Source: Candidatus Oleincola secundus
GTDB taxonomy: Bacteria > Atribacterota > Phoenicimicrobiia > Phoenicimicrobiales > Stramentimicrobiaceae
NCBI GenBank assembly: GCA_018400815.1
Contig: JAGYLS010000009.1
Location: 1 to 43,525 of the forward strand
Reading direction: 5' to 3'
Length of the DNA stretch: 43,525 nt
Part shown: positions 1 to 10,985 of the stretch, one piece after another
How positions within the stretch are numbered: position 1 is the stretch's first letter
Layout of the letters: each line of letters opens with the position of its first letter
The notes under the pieces: generated by a model
What the model saw: only the letters and a program-made list of their open reading frames with translations
Told to the model about the DNA's origin: nothing
Database searches by the model: none
Translations under genes and position numbers: made by a program

Positions 1-1
1 T

Positions 2-772
2 GATGATTTAACACAGCATGCCCGTTCTTATCGTGAATTATCCTTATTAATGAGAAGACCGCCGGCAAGGGAGGCATTCCCGGGTGATATTTTTTATATT
101 CACTCCCGTCTTTTGGAAAGGGCTACTCATTTGAAAAAAGAATACGGGGGAGGATCTTTAACAGCCTTACCGATTATTGAAACAGAAGCTCAGAATTTAT
201 CAGCATATATACCAACTAATATAATATCGATTACTGATGGGCAGATATACCTTTCACCCCAATTGTTCCAGGGCGGTATTCTACCGGCAGTTGATGTAGG
301 CAAATCGGTTTCCCGCGTTGGAGGAAAAACCCAACTGGCAGCATACCGCCAGGTGGTGGGTGATTTACGGTTAAGTTATTCTCAGTTCCAGGAACTGGAG
401 ATTTTTTCACGTTTTGGAACCCAATTGGATGAAAATACCAAAAAAACTTTAACCCGGGGCAGAAGGATAAGGGAAATATTAAAACAGAATCAATATGAAC
501 CCTATTCAGTTTTAGAGCAAATTATCCTTCTTTTAGCTGTTTCCCGTGGTTTGCTGGATGAAGTTCCCATTAATAAAATTAGTGCATTTAAAAAGAGGAT
601 TAAAGAGGATATTAAAGATAATTTTTCTGGAATTACCGAGAAAATTAATAATAATAAAACTTTATCTTCTGATGATAAAGAGAGATTGAGCTATTTTATT
701 CAGGAGATAACTGATTCAATTGTGAAGGATACTGATTATGCAGATGCTGGAGACAATTCGCAGGAAAATTGA
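2..772 (+). CDS. atpA: F1F0 ATP synthase alpha subunit, N-type (alternate) ATPase; 5'-truncated by window edge
   Basis: Frame is open from position 2 ([40 protein letters not shown]). Contains [10 protein letters not shown] and SVSRVGG. atpG follows with no atpD after it, as in N-ATPase operons. Confidence 0.93.
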   Translation, partial: DDLTQHARSYRELSLLMRRPPAREAFPGDIFYIHSRLLERATHLKKEYGGGSLTALPIIETEAQNLSAYIPTNIISITDGQIYLSPQLFQGGILPAVDVGKSVSRVGGKTQLAAYRQVVGDLRLSYSQFQELEIFSRFGTQLDENTKKTLTRGRRIREILKQNQYEPYSVLEQIILLLAVSRGLLDEVPINKISAFKKRIKEDIKDNFSGITEKINNNKTLSSDDKERLSYFIQEITDSIVKDTDYADAGDNSQEN

Positions 773-1622
773 GAGTGCAAAAGATATGCACTCAGTGGTA
801 AAGACAATGAAAGCCCTGGCTGCAGTAAATATTCATGCCTATGAGAAGGCAGTTAGTGCTATAAATTATTACCATCAGAATATTGAAGCTGGTTTGCAGA
901 TAGTTTTAAAAGAAAATCCTGAGATTTTAAAGGCACCCGCTGCTGATGATATTGAATCAATCGGTATCATTGTTTTTGGTGCACAAAGAGGAATGGCCGG
1001 TAATTTTAATTTACCAGTCGTTAATAAGCTGGATTCCTGGATGAAAGAAAAGGGCTTAAAACAGCAATCGTCAGTGACTGCCTGTGTGGTTGGAGACAGG
1101 ATTTTAGAGCCTTTGAAGGATATTGGAATTTCGCCAAATTATAAGCTTGATTTTCCTAATTTTCGCTATAATCTGGATAGTACTATTCAAGACGTACTCT
1201 TAATAGTAGAAAAATGGCGTTTCCAGAAAAGGGTATCTCATATCCATCTTTTTTATAACCGTCCAACAAGCGGTTCTTCTTTTAAACCAGGTCATTTTCA
1301 GTTATATCCTTTAAACCCTGATTGGCTCAGAGAGTTGGCAGCTAAGCAATGGCCTTCCCGTTCCATACCATTGTATACTATCCCAGCTGACACCTTGTTT
1401 AACCTGGTTATCCGCCAATATTTCTATATTTCGCTCTATAAAGCGTTCATTGAATCAATGGCCAGTGAAAATGCCAGCAGACTTATTGCCATGCGCAAGG
1501 CAGAGCAGAATATTGAAGAACAGTTAGAAGAACTGGATGCCCAGTTTAACAAACAAAGACAGGATTCAATTACCGAAGAACTGCTGGACATTGTTGCCGG
1601 GTTTGAAGCACTTACCAAATAA
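738..1622 (+). CDS. atpG: F1F0 ATP synthase gamma subunit (N-ATPase type)
   Basis: KTMKALAA near the N-terminus, [11 protein letters not shown] and [15 protein letters not shown] at the C-terminus. Overlaps the atpA end. Confidence 0.93.
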   Translation: MQMLETIRRKIESAKDMHSVVKTMKALAAVNIHAYEKAVSAINYYHQNIEAGLQIVLKENPEILKAPAADDIESIGIIVFGAQRGMAGNFNLPVVNKLDSWMKEKGLKQQSSVTACVVGDRILEPLKDIGISPNYKLDFPNFRYNLDSTIQDVLLIVEKWRFQKRVSHIHLFYNRPTSGSSFKPGHFQLYPLNPDWLRELAAKQWPSRSIPLYTIPADTLFNLVIRQYFYISLYKAFIESMASENASRLIAMRKAEQNIEEQLEELDAQFNKQRQDSITEELLDIVAGFEALTK

Positions 1623-1678
1623 GATATAAAGTATTTTTTGGCAGATCATCATATACCTTTACCTTTAAATTATGGAGA

Positions 1679-3853
1679 ATGCCAATGAATAATCAAATGA
1701 ATTTCAAAAAATACAGGAAGAATATTCGGATTATAGGAATGACCTGTGTGAACTGTGCTCGTCGTGTTGAACAAAATCTGCAGAAAATTGACGGTGTAAA
1801 GTTTGCCTCAGTTAATTTAGCAACAGAGTCTGCCTATTTGATTAGTCAGCGGGAAATACCATTTCATGAAATAAAGGAAGCCGTTGAAAATGTCGGATAT
1901 GGCGTTTCAGAGAGGATGGATGAAGAATTAGGACAAAAACGATACCTGAAGTCAAAAGAAAACTTAATTCTAGCCTGGATTATAACCCTTCCCTTATCAA
2001 TAATGATGATTTTTCATATGCTTGGCTACCATATTCCGGGATTTGTCTGGATTGAAGTAATTGCTGTTGCTTTCGTAATTTTTTATTGCGGGAAAGCAAC
2101 AATTAAAAGCGCCTGGATAGCTTTTAGACATTTTCATTCTAATATGGATAGCCTTATTACAATCGGTTCCATTACTTCCTGGGTTACTGCAATATTAAAC
2201 CGGACAGGATTGCCCATCATATCATTCGGGACGCTTGGGGCTATGATTATTGCCATTCACCTAACCGGTCGTTTCATTGAATCACGCTTAAGGGATAAGG
2301 CTGCCAAGGAAATCAAGTCATTAATTTCTCTGCAGTCAAAAGAAGCGACAATCATTTTAGATAATAATGAAGTAAAATTGCCTATTTCCATGATTAAAAA
2401 AGACAATTTGGTTAAGGTTAAGCCAGGAGAGCGTATACCTGTTGACGGCATTGTTGCCGAAGGAAGCTCAGCAGTGGATGAATCTTTTATTTCCGGAGAA
2501 CCTATTCCCAAGAAAAAAGGTGAAGAAGATGAAGTGGTAGGAGGATCAATTAATCTTTCCGGTCCCTTAATCATTAAAGTTACCAAAGTAGGAGAAAATT
2601 CTTTTCTCTCTCAAATGATTCAATTAATAAAAGAAGCCCAGGGAACAAAAGTGCCGATACAGGCATTAGCGGATAAGATAACTAACTACTTTGTTCCTGC
2701 TATAATGACTCTTGCAATTATCAGTGCAGTATTCTGGTATTTTAATTTGCAGGGATATCAGTCTTTTTTATTAAGAGCAAAAGAATTACTACCCTGGGTA
2801 TTAATAACTGAAAACAACTTGTCTTTTGCTGTATTTGTCTTTATTTCTACCATAGTAATTGCCTGTCCCTGTGCATTGGGATTGGCTACCCCTATGGCAT
2901 TGGTAGTTGGAAGCGGATTGGCAGCCAGGAGAGGGTTGATTATCAGGAATGCAGAAGCGATTCAGACTTCAAAAGATGTAGCATATGTACTTATGGATAA
3001 AACTGGCACCATCACTCATGGGCAGCCTTCTATAATTAATCATGACCTTTCTCAGGAAGAAATGAATATTGTTGCCTCAATTGAAAGTAACTCGCATCAT
3101 CCTTTAGCCCAGGCTATTGCCGGAAATATAAAAGATAAGATTAATATAAATAATATAAATAATATAAAAGAAATTCCGGGCAAAGGTGTTTCCGGGGATT
3201 ATGAGGGAAGTAATTACTTTGTCGGCAAACCTGAAAGCCAGAAGGATTATGTTCTTTATCTAAAAAAAGGACAAACAGTGGTCGAGGTCCTGAAAGATAA
3301 TGAGAAGATTGGCTTTATTGTTTTGGCTGACCGCATCAGGGAAGACTCAAAAGAATCAATATCCCGGCTTAGAGAATTAAATATTGTTCCGGTAATGGTA
3401 ACCGGAGATAACAAGATAACTGCTCAGGTAGTAGCAGATGAAATGGGCATTGAAACAGTATATGCCGGAGTCAGGCCGGATGAAAAGTTGGAAATTGTCA
3501 GAAAGTACCAGGGTGAGGGCAAAAAGGTATTAATGATAGGTGATGGGATAAATGATGCGGCTTCACTGAAAGGTGCAGACATTGGTGTGGCAATGGGGGT
3601 TGGTGCTGACCTGGCTATTGATAGTGCTGATATTGTGATTATAAAAGAAGGAATCTCCGGACTTATTTATAGTATTATCATTTCCACTAAAATCTTTAAA
3701 ATCATTCGCCAGAATTTGTTCTGGGCTTTTTTGTATAATACTCTGGCAATACCTATGGCTATGCTGGGTCTTTTACACCCGGCTATTGCTGAAGCTGCCA
3801 TGGTTTTCAGCTCGATAACCGTAATATTAAATTCTTTGAGAATTCAAAAATGA
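1679..3853 (+). CDS. copA: Cu(I)-translocating P1B-type ATPase
   Basis: GMTCVNC metal-binding domain, SGE, CPC in TM, DKTGT, HP, GDGIND, YN and MVFSS motifs. Confidence 0.92.
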   Translation: MPMNNQMNFKKYRKNIRIIGMTCVNCARRVEQNLQKIDGVKFASVNLATESAYLISQREIPFHEIKEAVENVGYGVSERMDEELGQKRYLKSKENLILAWIITLPLSIMMIFHMLGYHIPGFVWIEVIAVAFVIFYCGKATIKSAWIAFRHFHSNMDSLITIGSITSWVTAILNRTGLPIISFGTLGAMIIAIHLTGRFIESRLRDKAAKEIKSLISLQSKEATIILDNNEVKLPISMIKKDNLVKVKPGERIPVDGIVAEGSSAVDESFISGEPIPKKKGEEDEVVGGSINLSGPLIIKVTKVGENSFLSQMIQLIKEAQGTKVPIQALADKITNYFVPAIMTLAIISAVFWYFNLQGYQSFLLRAKELLPWVLITENNLSFAVFVFISTIVIACPCALGLATPMALVVGSGLAARRGLIIRNAEAIQTSKDVAYVLMDKTGTITHGQPSIINHDLSQEEMNIVASIESNSHHPLAQAIAGNIKDKININNINNIKEIPGKGVSGDYEGSNYFVGKPESQKDYVLYLKKGQTVVEVLKDNEKIGFIVLADRIREDSKESISRLRELNIVPVMVTGDNKITAQVVADEMGIETVYAGVRPDEKLEIVRKYQGEGKKVLMIGDGINDAASLKGADIGVAMGVGADLAIDSADIVIIKEGISGLIYSIIISTKIFKIIRQNLFWAFLYNTLAIPMAMLGLLHPAIAEAAMVFSSITVILNSLRIQK

Positions 3854-3912
3854 TACTTAAATAATAGTAAGTAAATAAGTATAAAATTTTATAAAATGAA
3901 AGGAATATAAAA

Positions 3913-6900
3913 ATGAAACATAAAATGGTTACTTTAGATGGAAATACGGCAGCTGCCCATACTGCCTATCATCTTAGTGAAAATATAACAATTTATCCCA
4001 TTACGCCTTCTTCTCCTATGGGAGAATTAGCTGATTTATGGGCTTTTCAAGGTACAAAGAATATTTGGGGGGTTGTCCCTCATGTTGCCGAAATGCAAAG
4101 CGAGGCAGGTGCGGCCGGAGCAGTACACGGTTCACTGCAGAGAGGCTCATTAACTACTACTTTTACTGCTTCCCAGGGATTATTGCTGATGATTCCAAAT
4201 ATGTTTAAGATTGCCGGTGAACTTACAGCTGCTGTATTTCATGTAGCTGCCCGGACCGTTGCTACACATGCACTCTCTATTTTTTGTGATCATTCTGATG
4301 TAATGGCTGTACGCTCTACGGGATTTGCAATTCTTTCGGCAGCATCTGTCCAGGAGGCAATGGATTTTCCGTTAATTGCCCAGGCCGCTTCTCTGAAATC
4401 CAGGATTCCCTTTTTGCATTTCTTTGATGGTTTCCGTACCTCTCATGAAATATCCAAGGTTGAGCTATTGGAAGTTGAAGAAATGAAGAAAATGATCGAT
4501 GACAAATTAGTATATGAACATAGAACCCGCGCACTTTCCCCGGAACATCCATTTATACGCGGAACAGCCCAAAATCCTGATGTTTTCTTTCAGGCAAGAG
4601 AAGGCTGTAATCCTTTTTATGATGCCTGTGCTGACATTACTGAAAAAACCATGGAACAATTTAAAGAGGTAACCGGCCGGGAATATCATTTGTTTCAGTA
4701 TGAGGGAAATCCTAAAGCCGAATCAGTCATAGTATTGATGGGTTCGGGGTGTGAAACAGCTCAGGAAACCGTAGAATACCTTAACAAAAAAGGAGAAAAA
4801 GTTGGTCTTATTAAAGTAAGATTATACCGGCCTTTTTCTATTAAACACTTGTGGAAGGCACTCCCGGAAACTGTAAAAAGGATTTGTGTTTTGGATAGGA
4901 CGAAAGAGCCTGGCAGTCCAGGGGAACCTCTGTACATGGAAATTTTAGCAACACTCAACGAATATATTAATGAAAATAATATAAACAGGAAGATAAAAGT
5001 AACCGGAGGCCGCTATGGGTTATCGTCTAAGGAATTCACCCCTGCCATGGTTGCAGGTGTTTTTAATGAGCTAAAAAAAGATACGCCCTCAAACAATTTT
5101 ACTGTCGGAATTAATGACGATGTAAGTAAAAAAAGCATAGAATACCCCAAACATTTTCATACCGAGCCATCCGAGAGGGTGAGAGCAGTTTTCTATGGAT
5201 TGGGTTCAGACGGGACTGTAAGCGCTAACAAGAGTTCTATCAAAATTATCGGTGAGGAAACTGATAACTTTGCCCAGGGTTATTTTGTCTATGATTCCAG
5301 AAAAGCAGGGTCCCTTACTATTTCACATTTACGTTTTGGCAAAGAACCTATTCACTCACCATACCTCATTGAAAAGGCAAATTTTGTAGGATGCCATCAG
5401 TTTTCTTTCCTGGAAAAATATGATGTCTTAAAGTATGCTGATGACAATGCTGTATTTCTATTAAACAGCCCTCATTCATCTAAAGAAGTCTGGGATAAAA
5501 TACCTATGGAAATACAGAAAATAATTATTGAAAAGAAGATTAAGTTTTATGTCATCAATGCCTATCAGATTGCCAGAGATACCGGTCTTGGAGCCAGAAT
5601 TAATACAGTGATGCAGACAGCTTTTTTCCTTCTAAGTAAAATATTGCCGGAAGATGCTGCCATTGACAAAATTAAGAAATTTATTAAGAAAAGCTATGGT
5701 AAAAAAGGAGAAACAATAATAGAAAAAAATAACAAGGCAGTTGATCAGGCCAGCAAGGCAATTGAAGAGGTTGTTGTACCGACAAAAGCAGATAGCTCAA
5801 TCAAGCAGAAAGAACCAGTTCCTGCCGAAGCTCCCACATTTGTACGTGAAGTAACAGCGAAGATGATAGCCCAGGAAGGGGATGAGATTCCGGTAAGTGC
5901 CTTTGAACCTGACGGAACCTTCCCTTCCGGAACTACCAAATGGGAAAAAAGAAATATTGCCCAGGAAATTCCGGTTTGGGATCCGGGAACATGCATCCAA
6001 TGTGGAAACTGTGTTTTTATCTGTCCCCATGCAGTTATCAGGAGTAAAGTTTACTCACCGGAATTGCTTCCTAAAGCACCGGAAAGTTTTAAATCCGTTG
6101 ACAGTAAAATTAAATCATTCCAGGGAGAAAAGTTTACCATTCAGGTTTCTCCGGAAGATTGTACCGGCTGTGGTTTATGTGTAGAAATATGTCCGGCAAA
6201 GAACAAGAAACAGCCGGATAAAAAAGCAGTTAATATGATGCCCGTTGATCTAATCAGGGAACAGGAAAAGAAAAATTGGTCATTTTTCCAAAACTTACCA
6301 CTGGTTGACCGTTCAAAATTACAACTCAATCGTATCAGAGACCTGCAATTTACAATGCCGTTATTTGAATTTTCGGGAGCTTGTGCCGGATGTGGGGAGA
6401 CACCTTATTTAAAGGTTTTAAGTCAATTATTTGGTGACCACATGGTGATTGCCAATGCTACCGGATGCTCTTCTATATATGGCGGTAATCTTCCTGCTAC
6501 TCCATGGACTTTTAACGGGGAAGGATATGGACCTGCCTGGTCTAATTCTCTTTTTGAAGATAATGCCGAATTTGGATTTGGAATGCGCCTGGCTATTGAC
6601 CAGCAAAAGAAGTATGCTATTTCCCTGTTAGAACAATTAAAGAAAGAAATAGGGGAAGATTTTGTAGACGAATTAATAGAAATGGCGAAATCTAAAGATA
6701 TAGAGATTAATAAACAGAGAGAATCTGTTAAACAATTACATGAAATTTTAGGGAAGATTGATAAAGAAGAAGCAAGGCAATTAGAGAGTGTGGCTGAATC
6801 TTTAATAAAAAAGAGTGTCTGGATTATTGGAGGAGACGGTTGGGCTTATGATATAGGTTATGGCGGACTGGACCATGTTATTGCCCAACCTGATAATGTC

Positions 6901-7479
6901 AATATTCTGGTATTGGATACCGAAGTTTACTCTAATACGGGAGGGCAGATGTCTAAGGCAACTCCCTTAGGGGCGGTTGCCAAATTTGCTGCCGGCGGGA
7001 AGTCAATGGCTAAAAAAGATCTTGCCATGATGGCAGTGAATTATGGTCACGTTTATGTTGCCCGAATTGCCATAGGGGCAAATATGAACCATGCTATTAA
7101 AGTTTTCCAGGAGGCAGAAGCTTATCAGGGACCTTCTTTAATCGTTGCTTACTGTCCCTGTATTGGACATGGTTATGATTTAAGAAATGGCCTGCAACAG
7201 CAAAAGGCTGCAGTTTCGTCCGGATATTGGCCGTTAATGCGATATTCTCCTGACTTGAAAAAACAAAATAAGAATCCTTTCCAATTAGATTCCAAGTCTC
7301 CAAGCATACCCTTGGAAGAGTATATTTACGCAGAGAATCGATACAGAATGCTAACTTACAGCAATCCTGAAATTGCCGAACAATTTAGCAAGAAAGCCCA
7401 ACAGGAAGTTTTGAACCGATGGAAAATATATGAGAAATGGGCAGAAAAGGAAATTTCTCAAGAAGAGGGGGAAAAGTAA
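3913..7479 (+). CDS. nifJ: Single-chain pyruvate:ferredoxin/flavodoxin oxidoreductase
   Basis: YPITPSS, EMQSEAGAAG, two CxxCxxCxxxCP motifs, FSGACAGCGE and the GGDGWAYDIG TPP motif; 1188 aa. Confidence 0.96.
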   Translation: MKHKMVTLDGNTAAAHTAYHLSENITIYPITPSSPMGELADLWAFQGTKNIWGVVPHVAEMQSEAGAAGAVHGSLQRGSLTTTFTASQGLLLMIPNMFKIAGELTAAVFHVAARTVATHALSIFCDHSDVMAVRSTGFAILSAASVQEAMDFPLIAQAASLKSRIPFLHFFDGFRTSHEISKVELLEVEEMKKMIDDKLVYEHRTRALSPEHPFIRGTAQNPDVFFQAREGCNPFYDACADITEKTMEQFKEVTGREYHLFQYEGNPKAESVIVLMGSGCETAQETVEYLNKKGEKVGLIKVRLYRPFSIKHLWKALPETVKRICVLDRTKEPGSPGEPLYMEILATLNEYINENNINRKIKVTGGRYGLSSKEFTPAMVAGVFNELKKDTPSNNFTVGINDDVSKKSIEYPKHFHTEPSERVRAVFYGLGSDGTVSANKSSIKIIGEETDNFAQGYFVYDSRKAGSLTISHLRFGKEPIHSPYLIEKANFVGCHQFSFLEKYDVLKYADDNAVFLLNSPHSSKEVWDKIPMEIQKIIIEKKIKFYVINAYQIARDTGLGARINTVMQTAFFLLSKILPEDAAIDKIKKFIKKSYGKKGETIIEKNNKAVDQASKAIEEVVVPTKADSSIKQKEPVPAEAPTFVREVTAKMIAQEGDEIPVSAFEPDGTFPSGTTKWEKRNIAQEIPVWDPGTCIQCGNCVFICPHAVIRSKVYSPELLPKAPESFKSVDSKIKSFQGEKFTIQVSPEDCTGCGLCVEICPAKNKKQPDKKAVNMMPVDLIREQEKKNWSFFQNLPLVDRSKLQLNRIRDLQFTMPLFEFSGACAGCGETPYLKVLSQLFGDHMVIANATGCSSIYGGNLPATPWTFNGEGYGPAWSNSLFEDNAEFGFGMRLAIDQQKKYAISLLEQLKKEIGEDFVDELIEMAKSKDIEINKQRESVKQLHEILGKIDKEEARQLESVAESLIKKSVWIIGGDGWAYDIGYGGLDHVIAQPDNVNILVLDTEVYSNTGGQMSKATPLGAVAKFAAGGKSMAKKDLAMMAVNYGHVYVARIAIGANMNHAIKVFQEAEAYQGPSLIVAYCPCIGHGYDLRNGLQQQKAAVSSGYWPLMRYSPDLKKQNKNPFQLDSKSPSIPLEEYIYAENRYRMLTYSNPEIAEQFSKKAQQEVLNRWKIYEKWAEKEISQEEGEK

Positions 7480-8476
7480 ATGATTGATTTGAGTACAGAA
7501 TATATGGGGATTAAGTTAAAAAATCCATTAGTAGCATCTGCTTCACCATTATCCGAGGATATTGAAAAAATTAAACAAATGGAAGAAAAAGGGATTTCAG
7601 CTGTCGTACTGCATTCACTATTTGAAGAGCAAATTAAATTGCAGGAAAGGGAATTAAATCAATCCCTATCTCAGGGAACCGAAAGCTATGCAGAGGCACT
7701 GAGTTATTTTCCTGACCTGAACAATTATCGTTTTGCTCCGGATGAATATATAGACTATATTTCCAGAGTTAAAGATGAAGTAAAAATCCCAATTATCGGT
7801 AGTCTGAACGGGGTATCTCAAGGTGGATGGGTTCGTTACGCTAAAAAGATTGAAGAGGCAGGAGCAGATGCTCTGGAGTTAAACATCTATTATTTGCCGA
7901 CAGAAAAAAATAATTCATGTCAGGAAATTGAGCAAATTTACCTTGACTTGATAAAGAGTTTGCGACAAAATATAACAATACCGATTGCAGTAAAATTAAG
8001 CCCTTATTTTAATTCCATTCCCGGTATAACTAATAAGTTGGCTGAAGAAGGAGCGGATGGTCTGGTTTTATTCAATCGGTTTTATCAGCCGGATATTGAC
8101 TTAGCTAAAATGTCGGTTGTCCCTAATTTGGAATTAAGCCGTTCTTCGGAATTACGGTTAAGGCTAAGATGGGTCGCTATACTCTATCAAAAGTAAAGGC
8201 TGATATGGCAATTACCGGCGGAATCCATACTGCTGAAGACATAATAAAGGTATTTTAGCAGGAGCAAATGTAACAATGACGACATCAGCTCTGCTGGAAA
8301 AAGGAATCCCATACATCGATAAATTGATTAAAGGAACAGAAGAGTGGCTCAGAAGACATCAATATAATTCCATTAATGAAATCAGGGGCCTGGTAAGTCA
8401 ACAAAATGTCAAAGAGACAGATGCTTTTGAAAGAGCAAATTATATGAAAGTATTAAAGTCTTATCATTATGAATAA
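7480..8476 (+). pseudogene. Dihydroorotate dehydrogenase-like flavoprotein (nifJ-associated type) interrupted by two apparent 1-nt deletions; real pseudogene or sequencing error
   Basis: LKNPLVASASP, ALELNIY, VKLSP, LFNRFY. Restoring one A at ~8189-8192 and one base at ~8249-8251 joins ...ILYQKVKADMAITGGIHTAEDIIKxILAGANVTMTTSALL... into ORF 8276-8476 (FERANYMK). Confidence 0.85.
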
Positions 8477-8607
8477 TTTTAAGATAAAATGAGTTAGGTT
8501 ACTAATACATCTAAATTAACTGTATAGAATAGAAAATATAGAGTTTTTAAAAGAATTGTTTTCTAGCTAATAATTAACTGAAGATAATCGTATAGAAAGG
8601 TTGTTTT

Positions 8608-9480
8608 ATGGAGCAAATACTTACTTTTGATTGGGCACATATTCCGGAGTATATTAATCCTGTTTTGCTATCTTTCGGGCAAATTAAAATTTACTGGTAT
8701 GGCCTTATGTATCCGGTGGCTTTTCTGACTGCATTTTTTCTGGTCATTTATCGCATCCGTTCAGAAAAACTTATTTTTGAAGAGTCCACAGTATTAGATT
8801 TTCTCCTCTGGGCTATTATCATGTTGATAATAGGAGCCAGGATAGGTCATGTTGTTTCTTCTGACCTGGGATATTATTTATCCAATCCCTGGAAAATAAT
8901 ATCACCCTTTGATTTTTCCGGAGGGCTGCATTACACCGGTATTCTGGGTATGTCATATCATGGTGGCATGATTGGTATTGTTTTGGCTTATATTGTGTTT
9001 TGCTATAAGAGAAAGATTAACCATTGGCAGTTTGCAGATATGGGTGTTCCGGCCATTCCTGCAGGTTATACTTTCGGAAGACTTGGTAATTTTATTAATG
9101 GCGAGCTATACGGAAAGGTTACCGACTTGCCCTGGGGAATGTACTTTCCCACAGATCCTACCAATCAATTAAGGCATCCCACCCAGCTCTATGAGGCTTT
9201 GTTTGAAGGGGTTATTCTGTTTGTCATTTTGTGGTATTTAAGAAAAAAGAAATGGTTTAACGGATTAACATTAAGTGTCTATTTTATCGGCTATGGAATT
9301 ATCCGGTTTTTTATCGAAAATATAAGACAACCATCACCTATTTCGGAAGCAGAATATTTAGGTTTCATGAATTTAGCCCAGGTGATGTCTGTACTGATGA
9401 TTATTGCCGGGCTAATAATGATTATGATTAGAAAGGACAAACCTTATTTACCAATTAGCAGGGAGGAGAATCATGGATAG
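8608..9480 (+). CDS. lgt: Prolipoprotein diacylglyceryl transferase
   Basis: WYGLMY, GARIGHV, GMSYHGG, GRLGNFINGELYG, RHPTQLYE. Confidence 0.96.
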   Translation: MEQILTFDWAHIPEYINPVLLSFGQIKIYWYGLMYPVAFLTAFFLVIYRIRSEKLIFEESTVLDFLLWAIIMLIIGARIGHVVSSDLGYYLSNPWKIISPFDFSGGLHYTGILGMSYHGGMIGIVLAYIVFCYKRKINHWQFADMGVPAIPAGYTFGRLGNFINGELYGKVTDLPWGMYFPTDPTNQLRHPTQLYEALFEGVILFVILWYLRKKKWFNGLTLSVYFIGYGIIRFFIENIRQPSPISEAEYLGFMNLAQVMSVLMIIAGLIMIMIRKDKPYLPISREENHG

Positions 9481-9553
9481 TCAATTTCTAATATATTTAG
9501 CTATTATTGCGTTGGTGGCATTCTTATTTAAGGATGGATATTTAAACCTATAA
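9473..9553 (+). CDS. 26-aa single-TM small protein MDSQFLIYLAIIALVAFLFKDGYLNL
   Basis: GGAGGAG just upstream of ATG 9473; start overlaps the lgt 3' end; ~15-residue hydrophobic core. Confidence 0.55.
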   Translation: MDSQFLIYLAIIALVAFLFKDGYLNL

Positions 9554-9631
9554 TTTATTCCTTATCAAAAATGGTAGAATTGATATAAAAAATAATGATA
9601 ATAAAGAAATATCAAAAAAAGGTGTAAAATT

Positions 9632-10201
9632 ATGTTAAAGGATTTAATATTAAAAAACAGAAGTCATCGTAGGTTTGATGAAAGTAAACAAATAACCAGG
9701 GATCAGTTGTTGGAATTGGTTGATTTAGCAAGATTATCACCTTCTGCAGCTAATCGACAGCCGCTTAAGTATTATTTATCCAATGAAAAAGCTAAAAACG
9801 AACTTATTTTCAGCACACTCGCCTGGGCTGCCGCTCTAAAAGATTGGAATGGACCGGATGAAGGTGAAAGACCTTCTGCATACATTGTTATTCTGGGTGA
9901 TAAGAATGTTTATGAAAAGTTTGGCATTGATCCCGGGATTGTAGCACAGAGTATTTTGCTTGGAGCTACTGAAAAAGGATTTGGTGGCTGCATGTTTGGT
10001 TCAGTTTCCCGGGGGAAATTAAGAGAGCTCCTAGATATAGCCTCACAATATGAGATATTATATGTATTAGCTCTGGGTTATCCTGTGGAGAAAGTTCAAA
10101 TTGATGATTTAGACGAGAGCGGAAGTACCAACTATTGGCGTGATGAAAATCAGGTTCATCATGTTCCGAAGAGAAGCCTGTCAGAGATTATTGTTTCTTG
10201 A
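9632..10201 (+). CDS. Nitroreductase family protein
   Basis: RSHRRF, ARLSPSAANRQP, ALGYP, HHVPKR. Confidence 0.92.
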   Translation: MLKDLILKNRSHRRFDESKQITRDQLLELVDLARLSPSAANRQPLKYYLSNEKAKNELIFSTLAWAAALKDWNGPDEGERPSAYIVILGDKNVYEKFGIDPGIVAQSILLGATEKGFGGCMFGSVSRGKLRELLDIASQYEILYVLALGYPVEKVQIDDLDESGSTNYWRDENQVHHVPKRSLSEIIVS

Positions 10202-10251
10202 GTGATTATTTCAATTTTTTAATTTGTAAAGAATAATATAAGGGGAAATAT

Positions 10252-10953
10252 TTGAAAATAATACGCATTTTATTGTGGTGGATTTTTATTATCTCAATTC
10301 CCGTTTTATTAATTTCTACGGTTGTAAGAGTAGAAGTTCAATGTCTGCCATTTTACGAGTACGAATATGAGAAATATAATATCAGCGAAGTGACCGGATT
10401 TGACAGCCGGCAATTAGGAGTAATTACCCGTCATTTAATCCAGTTTTTTAACGGAAAAGTTGAAAGCGCTCAGCTTGTTGTGGAAAAAGACAATAATCCA
10501 ATGTATTTGTTTCATGACCATGAAATAGTTCATTTAGAAGATGTAAAAGAAATATTTAAGTATGTTTATTGGATACAGCTAATTTCCCTGGGTTATTTTT
10601 TATTCTATTTACTGATCAATATAATTTTCAGAAAGAGGAAAAAACTTATTTATTTCTGGAAAGGATTAAAAAATGGCAGTATCCTGACTATTGGATTACT
10701 GGTTACCCTGGGAGTGGGTGCTTTTTTTGGGTTTCATCAACTTTTTATCCAATTTCATTACCTGGTTTTCGGTGACCCGCAAAGTTCCCCCTGGATACTG
10801 GACCCCAGAACCGATCACCTGGTTATGATGTATCCTCTTAATTTCTGGCAGGATGCCTTAATGCTAGGAATTATAGCAATTCTTGCAACATCAGTTATAT
10901 TTATCGGATTGAGCTGGTTATTTTTAAGAAGATATCGCCGTAGCAGAAGATAG
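10252..10953 (+). CDS. TIGR01906/DUF1461-like membrane protein, probable lipoprotein intramolecular transacylase (Lit)
   Basis: N-terminal TM, periplasmic loop ending EIVHLEDVK, FIQFH, W..DP.TD.LV.MYP..FW. TTG start with GGGGA RBS. Confidence 0.75.
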   Translation: MKIIRILLWWIFIISIPVLLISTVVRVEVQCLPFYEYEYEKYNISEVTGFDSRQLGVITRHLIQFFNGKVESAQLVVEKDNNPMYLFHDHEIVHLEDVKEIFKYVYWIQLISLGYFLFYLLINIIFRKRKKLIYFWKGLKNGSILTIGLLVTLGVGAFFGFHQLFIQFHYLVFGDPQSSPWILDPRTDHLVMMYPLNFWQDALMLGIIAILATSVIFIGLSWLFLRRYRRSRR

Positions 10954-10985
10954 ACAAATAATTTTATACTTGAAAGACATAAGAG

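Noticed and set aside
8190..8260. Stop-codon readthrough or recoding in the DHODH-like gene
   Set aside because: Continuity needs two frame changes rather than readthrough, and no recoding signal is visible.
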